DNA from: Longimicrobiales bacterium
Lineage (GTDB): Bacteria > Gemmatimonadota > Gemmatimonadetes > Longimicrobiales > Gaopeijiaceae
Direction: 5' to 3'
Length of the DNA: 64,000 nt
Assembly (NCBI GenBank): GCA_965202805.1
Contig: OZ241869.1
Coordinates: 64,001 to 128,000, forward strand
In this document: in pieces, positions 28,875-38,601 of the stretch
How the letters are laid out: the number at the start of each line of letters is the position of its first letter
Numbering within the stretch: the stretch's first letter is position 1
Translations under genes and position numbers: made by a program
The notes under the pieces: model-generated
What the model was told of the DNA's origin: nothing
The model's input: the letters and a program-made list of their open reading frames with translations, nothing else
The model's database searches: none

Positions 28875-29082
28875 GAAGTTCCTCCAGCAGAGGGAATACA
28901 TCACAGGAGGCGTGCCGCGGCAGCGGTCGGGCCACCGCGCGGCGTGCCCCCGCACAACTCGCACGGCAAGGCGGCTTCGGATAGGATGATGCGCGCCGGA
29001 AGTCCGGTCAAGTCGGACGGCGCGTTCCGGGGCGCCTCCACGAGGAGCGCCCGCGGGGACTGAACTCGCCCGGGGAGACGCC

Positions 29083-30072
29083 ATGAAGGCCGTATTGATG
29101 GACGGTTTCGGGGATGCCGGGGTGTTGCGCCGGGGCGATGCTCCGGTGCCCGAGCCCGCAGCGGGCCAGGTGCTCATCGAGGTGGTGGCGACCACCGTGA
29201 ATCACGCCGACATCAGCCAGCGGAAGGGGAAGTACCCCCCGCCTCCCGGCGAGTCGGAGATCCTCGGGCTCGAGGTGGCGGGCGTGGTGCGCGAGACGGG
29301 CCCCGGGGTCGAGCGCTTCGGTCCCGGCGACCGGGTCATGACGCTGGTGGCCGGCGGGGGATACGCGGAGTTCGCGTGCGCCTACGAGGGCCACCTGGTA
29401 CGGATCCCGGAGGCGCTGTCGTGGGAGGAGGCGGCATGCGTCTGCGAGACCTACGTGACCGCGTACCTCAACCTGTTCATGCTGGGCCGCCTCGGCGACG
29501 GCGACGCAGTGCTGCTGCACGGCGGCGGAGGCGGGGTGAACACGGCCGCCATCCACCTGTGCCGCACGCTGGTGCCCGACACCCGCATGGTCGTGACCTG
29601 CTCACCCGGCAAGGTGGAGCGCGTGCGGGCGATGGGCGTGCACTGCGTGGTGGACTACACGGCCGAGGAGTTCGCCCCGGCGGCGCGCGCCTTCACGGGG
29701 GGCCGGGGGGTGGATGTGGTGCTGGACCACATCGGCGCGGCCTACCTGAAGGGCAACCTGAAGGCCATGGCGCCCGGCGGCCGCCTGGTCGTGATCGGGC
29801 TGATGGGCGGGCTCAAGGCCGAACTCAACCTGGCCCTGCTGATGGTCAAGCGGCACACGATCATCGGTTCGGTGCTGCGCTCGCGTCCGGTGCCCGAGAA
29901 GGCCGACATCATGGCCGAGTTCGAGCGGGTGGTGGTGCCCCACTTCGCCGCCCGCCGCATCGTGCCCCTGATCGACGCGGTCTATCCGCTGCGAGAGGCG
30001 GCCGAAGCACACCGCCAGATGGAGGCGAGCGCCCACTTCGGCAAGCTGGTGCTCAGGGTGCGGGAGGATTAG
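29083..30072 (+). CDS. NAD(P)H-quinone oxidoreductase (PIG3/MDR family)
   Basis: YPPPPGESEILGLEVAG, HGGGGGVN, GVDVVLDHIG, HFGKLVL. Confidence 0.92.
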   Translation: MKAVLMDGFGDAGVLRRGDAPVPEPAAGQVLIEVVATTVNHADISQRKGKYPPPPGESEILGLEVAGVVRETGPGVERFGPGDRVMTLVAGGGYAEFACAYEGHLVRIPEALSWEEAACVCETYVTAYLNLFMLGRLGDGDAVLLHGGGGGVNTAAIHLCRTLVPDTRMVVTCSPGKVERVRAMGVHCVVDYTAEEFAPAARAFTGGRGVDVVLDHIGAAYLKGNLKAMAPGGRLVVIGLMGGLKAELNLALLMVKRHTIIGSVLRSRPVPEKADIMAEFERVVVPHFAARRIVPLIDAVYPLREAAEAHRQMEASAHFGKLVLRVRED

Positions 30073-30079
30073 CGGCGGC

Positions 30080-30565
30080 TCATGTGCTCTTCAGGACCCT
30101 GGGATCGTAGCGGTATGCCATGATCTCACCCGGCTCGAGCCTGCAGAAATCCGCATGGGCGGGATTGACGATGTAGTTGACCTCGCCGATGACCACGGCG
30201 CTCGGCACCGCGAGGACGGCGGACTCCAGCGAGGCGAGCCATCGGTCGCCGATGCCCTGGGTGGCGGGGTGCAGGCTCGTACGGGCCCAATCGGCGGGCA
30301 ACTGCTGACGATCCACCGCCTTGACGAGATCCGGCGGGATGCCCACGCGGAGCTTGCGGTACGCTTTCAGCACATCGCTATCTCGGAGACGAACGAGCAG
30401 CTCCAGGCTCGCCAGTGCCAGACTGCCTGCCAGGTAGACCACCCTCCGCCCCGGGCTGCTCCAGCGCCCGCCATTCCGAAGAGTGCCGTCCCCGGAGAGC
30501 ATGTCTTCGACGGTGCGAGAATACTCCGGCGCGGCCAGTCGCCATCCATGGATCAGGCTCGCCAC
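30080..30565 (-). CDS. RES-domain toxin
   Basis: WRLA, GGRWSSPG, VVYLAGSLALASLELLV, LAVPSAVV, NYIVNPAH; GTG start just after the antitoxin. Confidence 0.87.
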   Translation of the reverse strand: MASLIHGWRLAAPEYSRTVEDMLSGDGTLRNGGRWSSPGRRVVYLAGSLALASLELLVRLRDSDVLKAYRKLRVGIPPDLVKAVDRQQLPADWARTSLHPATQGIGDRWLASLESAVLAVPSAVVIGEVNYIVNPAHADFCRLEPGEIMAYRYDPRVLKST

Positions 30566-30569
30566 ACCC

Positions 30570-30986
30570 TTAGCTGAAGATCCCGTGGCGAATCCGTCCG
30601 ATGACCTGTTCCACTTCGCGGCTCCCCACCTCAGTGGATGCCCGTTCGAGCGGTGACTCGCCCTCAAGCAGCTCGTGCGGATCCCCGAGCCACCGCCGGG
30701 CGGCTTTGCCATCGCCCAGCATCATGTCGTGGACCAACGCCACCAGACGGGCTACGCGCACCAGTCGATCCGACTCCTCCTCCGTCAGCCGCTCCGCCTT
30801 TCGCCTCCGGGCGAGAGTCGTGGAGGGCAGTCCGATCACTCGGGCGAGCGCGAGGCGCCCGACCCCTGCGGCGGCCGCGACCTCGTCCAGCATCGAAAAC
30901 GGCAGGCCGCTCCGAACCATCGCCACCGCCCCCTCGCGAACGAGAAGAGGCTTGAGAGCCTCCGGCTTCTTGTATCTCATCGGCAT
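30570..30986 (-). CDS. Xre/MbcA/ParS-type antitoxin of the RES-Xre system
   Basis: STTLARRRK...LTEEESDRLVR...ARRWL...SPLE...GRIRHGIFS. Confidence 0.88.
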   Translation of the reverse strand: MPMRYKKPEALKPLLVREGAVAMVRSGLPFSMLDEVAAAAGVGRLALARVIGLPSTTLARRRKAERLTEEESDRLVRVARLVALVHDMMLGDGKAARRWLGDPHELLEGESPLERASTEVGSREVEQVIGRIRHGIFS

Positions 30987-31029
30987 TCACCAAATGGTAT
31001 CTATCCACATTCCATTTGGTGACATTCTA
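30987..31029 (-). promoter_or_regulatory. Inverted-repeat operator and -10-like box of the xre-res operon
   Basis: tcaccaaatgg (30987-97)-N14-ccatttggtga (31012-22), perfect 11-bp IR; TAGAAT on the minus strand at 31024-29. Confidence 0.7.
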
Positions 31030-31188
31030 ACGTGATTCACCCGCGCCGCCAAGCTTTCGGATCCGCCCCTCCCCCGGCATTGCAACCCACGCGTCTTCGC
31101 CTTCCTTGGCAGGCCGCAGCCCGCTCCCTAGCTTTGCTCGGACTCGCGGGGAGGCCCGCGCGGCTCGATTCGCAAGCCATCACGGAGG

Positions 31189-32943
31189 ATGAAGTTCATG
31201 ACGACCGCGACCGCACTGAAATCCAGGACCGCCGAAGACACCCTGGCGCGCAAGAGCCGCGAGGAAGACGTCATCTCGGGCGGGCACCTGGCCGCCCGCG
31301 CGCTGGCCAACGAGGGTGTCGACACCGTTTTCACGCTGTGCGGCGGGCACATCATCGACACCTACGACGGGTGCATCGACGAGAACATCCGCATCATCGA
31401 CGTGCGTCACGAGCAGGTCGCCGCCCACGCCGCGGACGGGTATGCGCGGCAGACCGGCGGGCTCGGGTGCGTGATCACCACGGCCGGCCCGGGGTTCACC
31501 AACGCGCTCACCGGCATCGCGACCGCGTTCCGGTCGGAGAGCCCGGTGCTGCACATCGGCGGGCAGGGCGCGCTCACCCAGCACAAGATGGGGTCGCTTC
31601 AGGACCTGCCCCACGTCAACATCGCGCGCCCGATCACCAAGTTCGCGGGCGGGGTTCGCTCCACCGAGCGCATCGCGGACATGGTGTCGATGGCCGCGCG
31701 CGAGTGCTTCGCCGGCACGCCGGGGCCGAGCTACCTCGAGATCCCGCGCGACATCCTCGACCGGGAGATTCCGCTCGCCAGCGCGACCATCCCCGAGCCG
31801 GGCCGCTACCGCGCCTCGACCCGCTCCGTGGGCGATCCGCGCGACATCGAACGCCTCGCCGATCTGCTGGTCAAGTCCGAGCGCCCCGCCATCCTCTTCG
31901 GGCAGCAGGTGTGGGGCTGCCGCGCACACCAGGAGGCCTGGGACCTGGTGCGCACCCTGAACATCCCGACCTTCACCAACGGCGCCTCGCGCGGCCTGCT
32001 CGGCCCCGATGACCCCCACTATTTCCACCGCACCCGCGGCGCCGGCTTCGGCAACGCCGACGTGATCGTGATCGTGGGCACCCCGTTCGACTTCCGCATG
32101 GGCTACGGCAAGCGCCTGCCCGCGGGCGCCACGGTGGTGCAGATCGACCTCGACTACCGCACGGTGGGCAAGAACCGCGACGTCGACCTGGGTCTCGTGG
32201 GCCATCCGGGCGCCATCATGGAGGCCGTGCTCGCAGAGGCCAGCTCCAACCTCGGGGACGGCCCGGCCCGCCGCCTCGGCTGGATGAAGCATCTGCGCGA
32301 GATCGAGGAGCAGAAGACCGAGAAGCTGATGCCGCTCTTCCTCTCCGACGCCAACCCCATCCACCCCTACCGGGTGGCGTGGGAGCTGAACGAGTTCCTC
32401 ACCGAGGACACCGTCTACATCGGCGACGGCGGCGACGTCGTGACCATCAGCGCGCAGGCGGTCAAGCCGCGCGCGCCGGGCAACTGGATGGATCCGGGCG
32501 CCCTGGGCGGGCTGGGCGTGGGCACCGGTTTCGCCATGGCGGCCAAGCTGGCGCATCCGAACAAGGAAATCCTCTGCTACTACGGCGACGGCTCCTTCGG
32601 CATGACCGCCTTCGACATGGAGACCTGCAACCGCTTCGGCGCGCCCTACATCGCCGTCATCGGCAACAACTCGGCGATGAACCAGATCCGCTACGGGCAG
32701 CTGGCCAAGTACGGGCAGGAGCGCGGCAACGTGGGCAACCTGCTGGGCGACGTGCCCTTCTCGAAGTTCGCCGAGATGCTGGGCGGATACGGCGAGGAGG
32801 TGCGAGATCCCGGCCGGATCCAGCCGGCGCTGCAGCGGGCGCGCGAGTCGGTGCGCAGCAGCGGCAAGTCGGCCGTCATCAACATCTGGGTGGATCCCGG
32901 CGAATGGGCGCCGGGCACCAAGCGCCAGACCATGTACAAGTGA
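31189..32943 (+). CDS. ThDP-dependent enzyme, probable oxalyl-CoA decarboxylase / 2-hydroxyacyl-CoA lyase
   Basis: RHEQVAAHAADGYAR, TAGPG, ThDP motif GDGSFG...NN; directly upstream of frc. Confidence 0.8.
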   Translation: MKFMTTATALKSRTAEDTLARKSREEDVISGGHLAARALANEGVDTVFTLCGGHIIDTYDGCIDENIRIIDVRHEQVAAHAADGYARQTGGLGCVITTAGPGFTNALTGIATAFRSESPVLHIGGQGALTQHKMGSLQDLPHVNIARPITKFAGGVRSTERIADMVSMAARECFAGTPGPSYLEIPRDILDREIPLASATIPEPGRYRASTRSVGDPRDIERLADLLVKSERPAILFGQQVWGCRAHQEAWDLVRTLNIPTFTNGASRGLLGPDDPHYFHRTRGAGFGNADVIVIVGTPFDFRMGYGKRLPAGATVVQIDLDYRTVGKNRDVDLGLVGHPGAIMEAVLAEASSNLGDGPARRLGWMKHLREIEEQKTEKLMPLFLSDANPIHPYRVAWELNEFLTEDTVYIGDGGDVVTISAQAVKPRAPGNWMDPGALGGLGVGTGFAMAAKLAHPNKEILCYYGDGSFGMTAFDMETCNRFGAPYIAVIGNNSAMNQIRYGQLAKYGQERGNVGNLLGDVPFSKFAEMLGGYGEEVRDPGRIQPALQRARESVRSSGKSAVINIWVDPGEWAPGTKRQTMYK

Positions 32944-33067
32944 GGACAAACGTTCGGCACGGATGGAATCCGCCGGCCTTCGGGGGAGTTGATGCCCGAA
33001 AGGGTCGCGAGCACATGCCCGGCCGCTTCCCGCTTCACCATCCATACGACCCATCGGAGCATTCCGC

Positions 33068-34312
33068 ATGAGCAAAGCACTCAACGGCATCCGCATCCTG
33101 GACATGACCCACGTCCAGGCAGGCCCCACCTCCAGCCAGTTGCTGGGGTTCATGGGCGCGGACGTGATCAAGCTGGAGTCGCCCTTCGGGGACGCCACCC
33201 GCAAGCAGCTGCGCGATGTGCCGGGGGCCGACAGCCTCTACTTCACCATGCTCAACTGCAACAAGCGCTCGATCACGGTGAACCTGAAGAACGAGCGCGG
33301 GAAGGAGGTCTTCACCCGGCTGGTGCAGGAGTGCGACGTGCTCATGGAGAACTTCGGGCCCGGGGTTCTGGACAGGCTCGGCTTCGGATGGGAGCGCGTG
33401 CACGAGATCAACCCGCGCATGGTGATGGCCTCCATCAAGGGCTTCGGCACCGAGGGCCCCTACGCCGCCTTCAAGGCCTACGAGAACATCGCCCAGGCGA
33501 TGGGCGGCTCGATGAGCACGACGGGCATGTTCGACGGATCCCCCGTCGTGACCGGAGCCCAGATCGGCGACTCGGGCACAGGAGTGCACCTGGCGCTGGG
33601 CATCCTCGCGGCGCTGCTCCATCGCGAGCAGACCGGGAAGGGGCAGTACGTCGAGTGCGCCATGATGGACTGCGTGATGAACCTGGTGCGGGTGAAGTGG
33701 CGCGACCACCAGCGCATCACGCGCGGGCCGCTGGCCGAGTACTCGATCCAGGAATTCGACGACTTCACCCCGCGCGCCGGCAACGACTCGGGCGGCGGGC
33801 AGCTGGGCAACTGCATCCACTGCAAGCCGGGCGGCATCAACGACTATCTCTATATCGTGGTGCAGGAACACGTCTGGGAGGCGCTCGCGACCCGGGTCGG
33901 GGGCGAGGAGCTGGTGAACGATCCGCGCTTCTCGGACATCGGCGTGCGGCGGCGGAACCAGGGCGAGATGTGGGACATCCTGAACGACTTCGCGAGCCGC
34001 TACACCAAGCGCGAGCTGATGGCGATTCTGAACGAGCTCAACGTGCCCTGCGGGCCCGTGATGAGCACCGCGGATCTGGCGGACGACGACCACGTGCGCG
34101 GGCGCGAGATGTATGTCGAACTCGACCACCCGGAGCGCGGGCCCTACTGGAACCTCGGCTGCCCGATCAAGCTCTCCGACTCGCCCGCGGTCATCACGCG
34201 CTCGCCCCTGCTGGGCGAACACACCGACGAGATCCTCGACGACGTGCTCGGCTACGGGGACGACGAGATCGCCGAAATGAAGGAAGCCGGGGCCTTCACC
34301 TTCAAGCGCTGA
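33068..34312 (+). CDS. frc: Formyl-CoA:oxalate CoA-transferase (class III)
   Basis: LDMTHVQAGP, DSLYFTMLNCNKRS, YENIAQ, IGDSGTG, VKWRDHQR, PRAGNDSGGGQ (Frc glycine loop). Confidence 0.9.
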   Translation: MSKALNGIRILDMTHVQAGPTSSQLLGFMGADVIKLESPFGDATRKQLRDVPGADSLYFTMLNCNKRSITVNLKNERGKEVFTRLVQECDVLMENFGPGVLDRLGFGWERVHEINPRMVMASIKGFGTEGPYAAFKAYENIAQAMGGSMSTTGMFDGSPVVTGAQIGDSGTGVHLALGILAALLHREQTGKGQYVECAMMDCVMNLVRVKWRDHQRITRGPLAEYSIQEFDDFTPRAGNDSGGGQLGNCIHCKPGGINDYLYIVVQEHVWEALATRVGGEELVNDPRFSDIGVRRRNQGEMWDILNDFASRYTKRELMAILNELNVPCGPVMSTADLADDDHVRGREMYVELDHPERGPYWNLGCPIKLSDSPAVITRSPLLGEHTDEILDDVLGYGDDEIAEMKEAGAFTFKR

Positions 34313-34336
34313 GCCGACTGCAAGGAGTCCGGGACC

Positions 34337-35887
34337 ATGAACGACGCCACCACGCGATCCGCCTCTAACGCCGAGATCCTGGAGCGCCACGGAACCTGGT
34401 TCGGGCACCCCGCCGGGCTCTCCACCCTCTTCTTCACCGAGATGTGGGAGCGCTTCTCGTACTACGGGATGCGCGCGCTGCTCGCGCTCTACATGACCAC
34501 GGCCACGACGCACGTGATCATGCGGGGCGACGGATCCGAGGTCGCCAATCCCGGGATGGGGCTCGATGTGGGGACCGCGGCCGCCATCTACGGCCTTTAC
34601 ACGAGCCTCGTCTACATCATGGCGCTCCCCGGCGGCTGGGTGGCCGACAACCTCTGGGGGCAGCGCAAGGCGGTATGGGTGGGGGGCTGGATCATCGCCC
34701 TGGGCCACTTCACGATGGCGGTGCCGAGCACGTTCGCCTTCTTCCTGGGGCTCGTCTTCGTCGTCCTGGGAACGGGGCTGCTCAAGCCCAACGTCAGCAC
34801 CATCGTGGGGGAACTCTATCCCGAGGGAGGCGCGAGGCGGGACGCGGGGTTCTCCATCTTCTACATGGGGATCAACGTGGGGGCGTTGCTGGGGCCGCTC
34901 ATCACGAGCTTCCTCGCCGAGGGCTACAACTGGCACTGGGGCTTCGGGGCGGCCGGCGTGGGCATGGTGTTCGGGCTCATCCAGTACCGGAACCGAGCCC
35001 GCCTCCTGGGCGAGGCCGGGCTCCTGAAGACGGAGGATCGCCCCGCGCAGCTGGCGGCGAAGTCGCGCAGGTTCTTCGGCACCTTCTTCGCCGTCGTCGT
35101 GGGCGTCGTGGCCTTCGGCTACCTCGTGTCGACCGGGGTGATTCCGGCCACGCTGGCGCAGATTGCGACGGTGCTCGGCTACGGCGTGCTGATCATCATC
35201 GCGGCCTACTTCGTCTATCTGTGGACGGCGGGAGGCCACACGCGGGAGGAGAACCGCCGCCTGGGGGTGATCTTCTGGCTGTTCCTGCTGATCGCGGTGT
35301 TCTGGTCCGGCTTCGAACAGGCAGGGTCGTCGCTGAACCTCTTCGGGCGCGACTACACCGACCGCAACATCATGGGGTGGCTCATGCCGGCCGGCTTTCT
35401 CCAGTCGGTGAACTCCTTCTTCATCATCCTGCTCGCGCCCGTTTTCGGTTCGCTCTGGGTCTGGCTGGAGCGGCGCAACCGCAACCCGTCGATCCCCATG
35501 AAGGCGGCGATGGGGCTGGTGGGGCTGTCTATGGGGTTCTTCGTGCTGGCCTGGGGCGCCGCGAACGCCACGACCGACAACCTGGTGAGCCCCGCCTGGC
35601 TGGTGGTGACCTACTTCTTCCACACGGTGGGCGAGTTGTGTATCTCGCCCATCGGCCTGTCGGCCATCACGAAGCTGTCGCCCGTGAACCGGGTGGGTCA
35701 GATGATGGGGGTGTGGTTCGTGGGCGCGGCGCTGGGCAACCTGTTCGCCGGGCTGGTGGCCGGACAACTGGTGGACCTTGCTCCGGCGGCTCTCTTCCAG
35801 AACGTCGCGGTGACCATCGGTGTCGTCGGCATCGTGGGGTTGCTCGCGGCTCCGTGGGTCAAGCGGCTGACGGGGGGGAAGAGCTGA
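34337..35887 (+). CDS. POT/PTR family proton-dependent oligopeptide transporter
   Basis: FFTEMWERFSYYGMR, GTGLLKPN, FYMGINVG, GELCISPIG. Confidence 0.93.
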   Translation: MNDATTRSASNAEILERHGTWFGHPAGLSTLFFTEMWERFSYYGMRALLALYMTTATTHVIMRGDGSEVANPGMGLDVGTAAAIYGLYTSLVYIMALPGGWVADNLWGQRKAVWVGGWIIALGHFTMAVPSTFAFFLGLVFVVLGTGLLKPNVSTIVGELYPEGGARRDAGFSIFYMGINVGALLGPLITSFLAEGYNWHWGFGAAGVGMVFGLIQYRNRARLLGEAGLLKTEDRPAQLAAKSRRFFGTFFAVVVGVVAFGYLVSTGVIPATLAQIATVLGYGVLIIIAAYFVYLWTAGGHTREENRRLGVIFWLFLLIAVFWSGFEQAGSSLNLFGRDYTDRNIMGWLMPAGFLQSVNSFFIILLAPVFGSLWVWLERRNRNPSIPMKAAMGLVGLSMGFFVLAWGAANATTDNLVSPAWLVVTYFFHTVGELCISPIGLSAITKLSPVNRVGQMMGVWFVGAALGNLFAGLVAGQLVDLAPAALFQNVAVTIGVVGIVGLLAAPWVKRLTGGKS

Positions 35888-35931
35888 CATCATTGGCCGC
35901 TCTGCGGCATCCGACGGTTCGCAGCCCGTGA

Positions 35932-35995
35932 GCCTCCTCGCGGAGGCCTTTAAGGCATCTTGTTATTGTCTACGGATGATCTTAAGGTGACCTTA
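35932..35995 (+). promoter_or_regulatory. Hairpin after the POT gene, then a palindromic operator-like site before the Phd/VapC pair
   Basis: gcctcc-tcgc-ggaggc followed by cttt; taagg-tga-cctta palindrome at 35983-35995. Confidence 0.5.
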
Positions 35996-36028
35996 TGCTG
36001 CTGACGGCCTGATGGAGGTATCCGAGCG

Positions 36029-36283
36029 ATGTCGAGCACGATCAACGTCAAGACGCTCCGGAACGAGATGGGGCGGATCATCGAGCGTGTCCGCAAGGGC
36101 GAGGATTTCACCGTGCTTTATCGCAGCCGCCCCGCGTTCCGGATCGTGCCGCTGAGCGGCGTCTTCACCCACGGCGTCGCCGAGGACGATTCGCTCTACC
36201 GGGCCGAGGCGGTTGGCAGATCTGACGACGGGTTGACGGCGGAGCATCACGACCGCTCGCTCTACGGGCGGCCGCGTGCCTGA
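36029..36283 (+). CDS. Phd/YefM family antitoxin
   Basis: TINVKTLRNEMGRIIERVRKGEDFTVLYRSRPAFRIVP; GGAGG RBS. Confidence 0.85.
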   Translation: MSSTINVKTLRNEMGRIIERVRKGEDFTVLYRSRPAFRIVPLSGVFTHGVAEDDSLYRAEAVGRSDDGLTAEHHDRSLYGRPRA

Positions 36284-36737
36284 TCGCACACTGTTCGTCG
36301 ACACGGCCGGGTGGATGGCCATGGCGGACGAGGCGGATCCCATGCACGAGGTGAGCCGGGGATCGCGTGACGCCTGGTTGCGGAGCGGAGGGAACCTCCT
36401 CTCCACCGACTATGTCATCGACGAGACCCTGACCCTGATTCGGATGCGGCTGGGGCTGCGCGCCGCGGCTCGCTGGTGGGAACAGATCGACGCCAGTTCC
36501 CGGCTTCGGTGGGAGTGGATCACTCCGTCGCGCGCCGGGAAGGCCAGGCGCTGGTTCTTCGACTGGAATGACAAGGCGTTCTCATTCACGGACTGTACCA
36601 GTTTTGTCGTCATGCAGGAGCTGCGCATCCAGACCGTCCTGACCACGGATCGCCACTTTGCGCAGGCGGGTTTCGATCCGCTACCCGGCCGATATCCGCC
36701 CGGCCGGAGCGGGACGCGCAGTCCACGGATGCCGTGA
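36276..36737 (+). CDS. VapC/PIN-domain toxin
   Basis: LFVDTAGW, DETLTL, FSFTDCTSF, TTDRHFAQAGF. Confidence 0.88.
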   Translation: MPDRTLFVDTAGWMAMADEADPMHEVSRGSRDAWLRSGGNLLSTDYVIDETLTLIRMRLGLRAAARWWEQIDASSRLRWEWITPSRAGKARRWFFDWNDKAFSFTDCTSFVVMQELRIQTVLTTDRHFAQAGFDPLPGRYPPGRSGTRSPRMP

Positions 36738-36795
36738 GGGCCGGCCTGCGGCTCGGGCACGGCCGAAATGCCCGATCCAGTGCCATTTTGTCAGG

Positions 36796-38277
36796 TTACG
36801 CCCCGAACAGCGGGATCTCGAACACCCGCGCGAAGATCAGCAGCACGCTCATGGCGGTGAACACGATCAGGCTGAACCAGCCGAACCAGCGGGCGAAGGT
36901 CGAGGGGTAGAAGGCGCGGTCCTCCTTCGGGATCACGACCAGGCAGTAGTAGAAGTTGAGGAAGAAGATCACCGGGGCGATGAAGAACGCCAGCGCCGAG
37001 GCGACCAGGACCAGGAAGACCGGGCGCGGCAGCCCTGCGATCACGGCCACCGAGCCGATCAGCGAGTAGATCATGGTGGCGCGGTACAGGTTGTACTCCG
37101 AGTACCAGCCCTTCTGCTTCCTGTCGATGCCCGCCGTGCGCGCGGTGCCCCGGAACAGGTTGCGGGCGCAGGCCCCGACGATGCGCGGCCAGCCGTCGAA
37201 GTAGTTGAAGGCGGTCGAAAACGTGGCCGCGAAGGCGCCGAACATGAACAGCCCCATCATGCCCGGGCCCACCGAGTTGGTGAAGATGCCCGCGATCTCG
37301 CCCATCACGGCCTGGCCCTCCACCGCGCTGGGGTAGAGCCACACCGCGGCGAGCAGCATGAACACGGCGGCCATCACGAACGACACCACGTGGCCGAGGC
37401 GGAAGTCCCAGAGGCCGATCTGGAACCAGCGCCGGCAGTACTCGCGCGCGTGCGCCGGGAGGCGGTCGGTGTGCACCGTCAGGTCGCTGAGGCGCGGCCA
37501 GAACGGATCGAACGAGCGCGCGATGCCCATCTCCTCCATGCGGTCGCGGATCCTGCTCATTCCCGCCTTCTTGGCCTTCCCCCACTCGGAGGCCTGGAGC
37601 GAGACGTCCATGCCGGTGGGGAGGAGGCCGAGGAAGGCGGCGATGACCAGCCAGGAGCCGTCGGGGATCTCGACCAGGAAGAAGGTGCCCATCTCGGAGA
37701 AGGGCGCGGGCTGGTAGAAGTAGACCGCCAGCGTGGACACCACCATGATGGCCGCGAGGATCTTGGCCGAGTTTTCCACGGCCTTGTAGCGCCCCATGAG
37801 CAGGATGCCCACCGACACCACGCCCAGCCCCACCGCCGCCCCGGTGAGGGTGACCGGCCAGCCCAGCACCTCGGAGCCCACGTAGTACACGACCGCGGCC
37901 GCCGCGATCAGCCGGCCCGCCTGCCCGATCGCGCACTGGATGAGCGTCGTCACCAGCACATACCAGAGCGGCCACTTCCAGCGCGCGGTCGCATAGGCCT
38001 CGATCAGGCTCTTGCCGGTGGCGTTGGTGAAGCGGAAGGCCATCTCGAAGCCGTAGTACTTGAAGATGTAGGCCACCGGAAGGCACCAGAGCAGCGCGTA
38101 CGCGAACCGGCCTCCCGCGGTGGGCGCGGTGACCAGGTGGCTGGTGCCGATCCCGGTCATCATCAGGATGATCCCCGGCCCGAAGTGGCGGAGCAGTCCG
38201 CGCACCGAGCGGTCCGGAAGCTCGAGCTGGTCGAATTCGGAGGATTCCGCCGGGGTGGGGCCGGGGTTCTGGGCCAT
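36796..38277 (-). CDS. NRAMP-like divalent metal/solute transporter
   Basis: Start at MAQNPG; FGPGIILMMTGIGTSHLVTAPTAGGRF, many TM helices, AATFSTAFNYFDGWPR. Confidence 0.8.
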   Translation of the reverse strand: MAQNPGPTPAESSEFDQLELPDRSVRGLLRHFGPGIILMMTGIGTSHLVTAPTAGGRFAYALLWCLPVAYIFKYYGFEMAFRFTNATGKSLIEAYATARWKWPLWYVLVTTLIQCAIGQAGRLIAAAAVVYYVGSEVLGWPVTLTGAAVGLGVVSVGILLMGRYKAVENSAKILAAIMVVSTLAVYFYQPAPFSEMGTFFLVEIPDGSWLVIAAFLGLLPTGMDVSLQASEWGKAKKAGMSRIRDRMEEMGIARSFDPFWPRLSDLTVHTDRLPAHAREYCRRWFQIGLWDFRLGHVVSFVMAAVFMLLAAVWLYPSAVEGQAVMGEIAGIFTNSVGPGMMGLFMFGAFAATFSTAFNYFDGWPRIVGACARNLFRGTARTAGIDRKQKGWYSEYNLYRATMIYSLIGSVAVIAGLPRPVFLVLVASALAFFIAPVIFFLNFYYCLVVIPKEDRAFYPSTFARWFGWFSLIVFTAMSVLLIFARVFEIPLFGA

Positions 38278-38433
38278 GGGTTTCTCCGCTAGGGGATGGA
38301 GGGCGTCCGCCGGGCATAATGGGAAGCGCGGGCAGGAACAGAAAGATTGGCGGGTGAGAACGCCTCGCTCACCGCGGCTGCGGTGATGAGCGGGCAGCCC
38401 GGAATCGGACCGGGCCATGGCTTCGGACGTGCT

Positions 38434-38465
38434 CCGGGCGGGATGCCGGGCGGGATGCCGGGCGG
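38434..38465 (+). repeat. 12-bp tandem repeat (about 2.7 copies)
   Basis: ccgggcgggatg ccgggcgggatg ccgggcgg. Confidence 0.8.
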
Positions 38466-38497
38466 CTTTCCCGGGATCCGGCGAATGGGTTAGCTTC

Positions 38498-38554
38498 GGC
38501 CACCGGCCGCGACGAGGGCCACCGGCCGCGACGAGGGCCACCGGCCGCGACGAG
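38498..38554 (+). repeat. 19-bp perfect tandem repeat x3 in a divergent intergenic region
   Basis: ggccaccggccgcgacgag at 38498, 38517 and 38536; no spacers. Confidence 0.9.
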
Positions 38555-38601
38555 GCCCCCGGTCCCGGCCTCTTCCAGACATCAACCGTTTGCCAGGTGC
38601 C

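Noticed and set aside
38498..38554. Possible CRISPR array
   Set aside because: Repeats are contiguous with no spacers, only 19 bp long, and there are no cas genes in the window.
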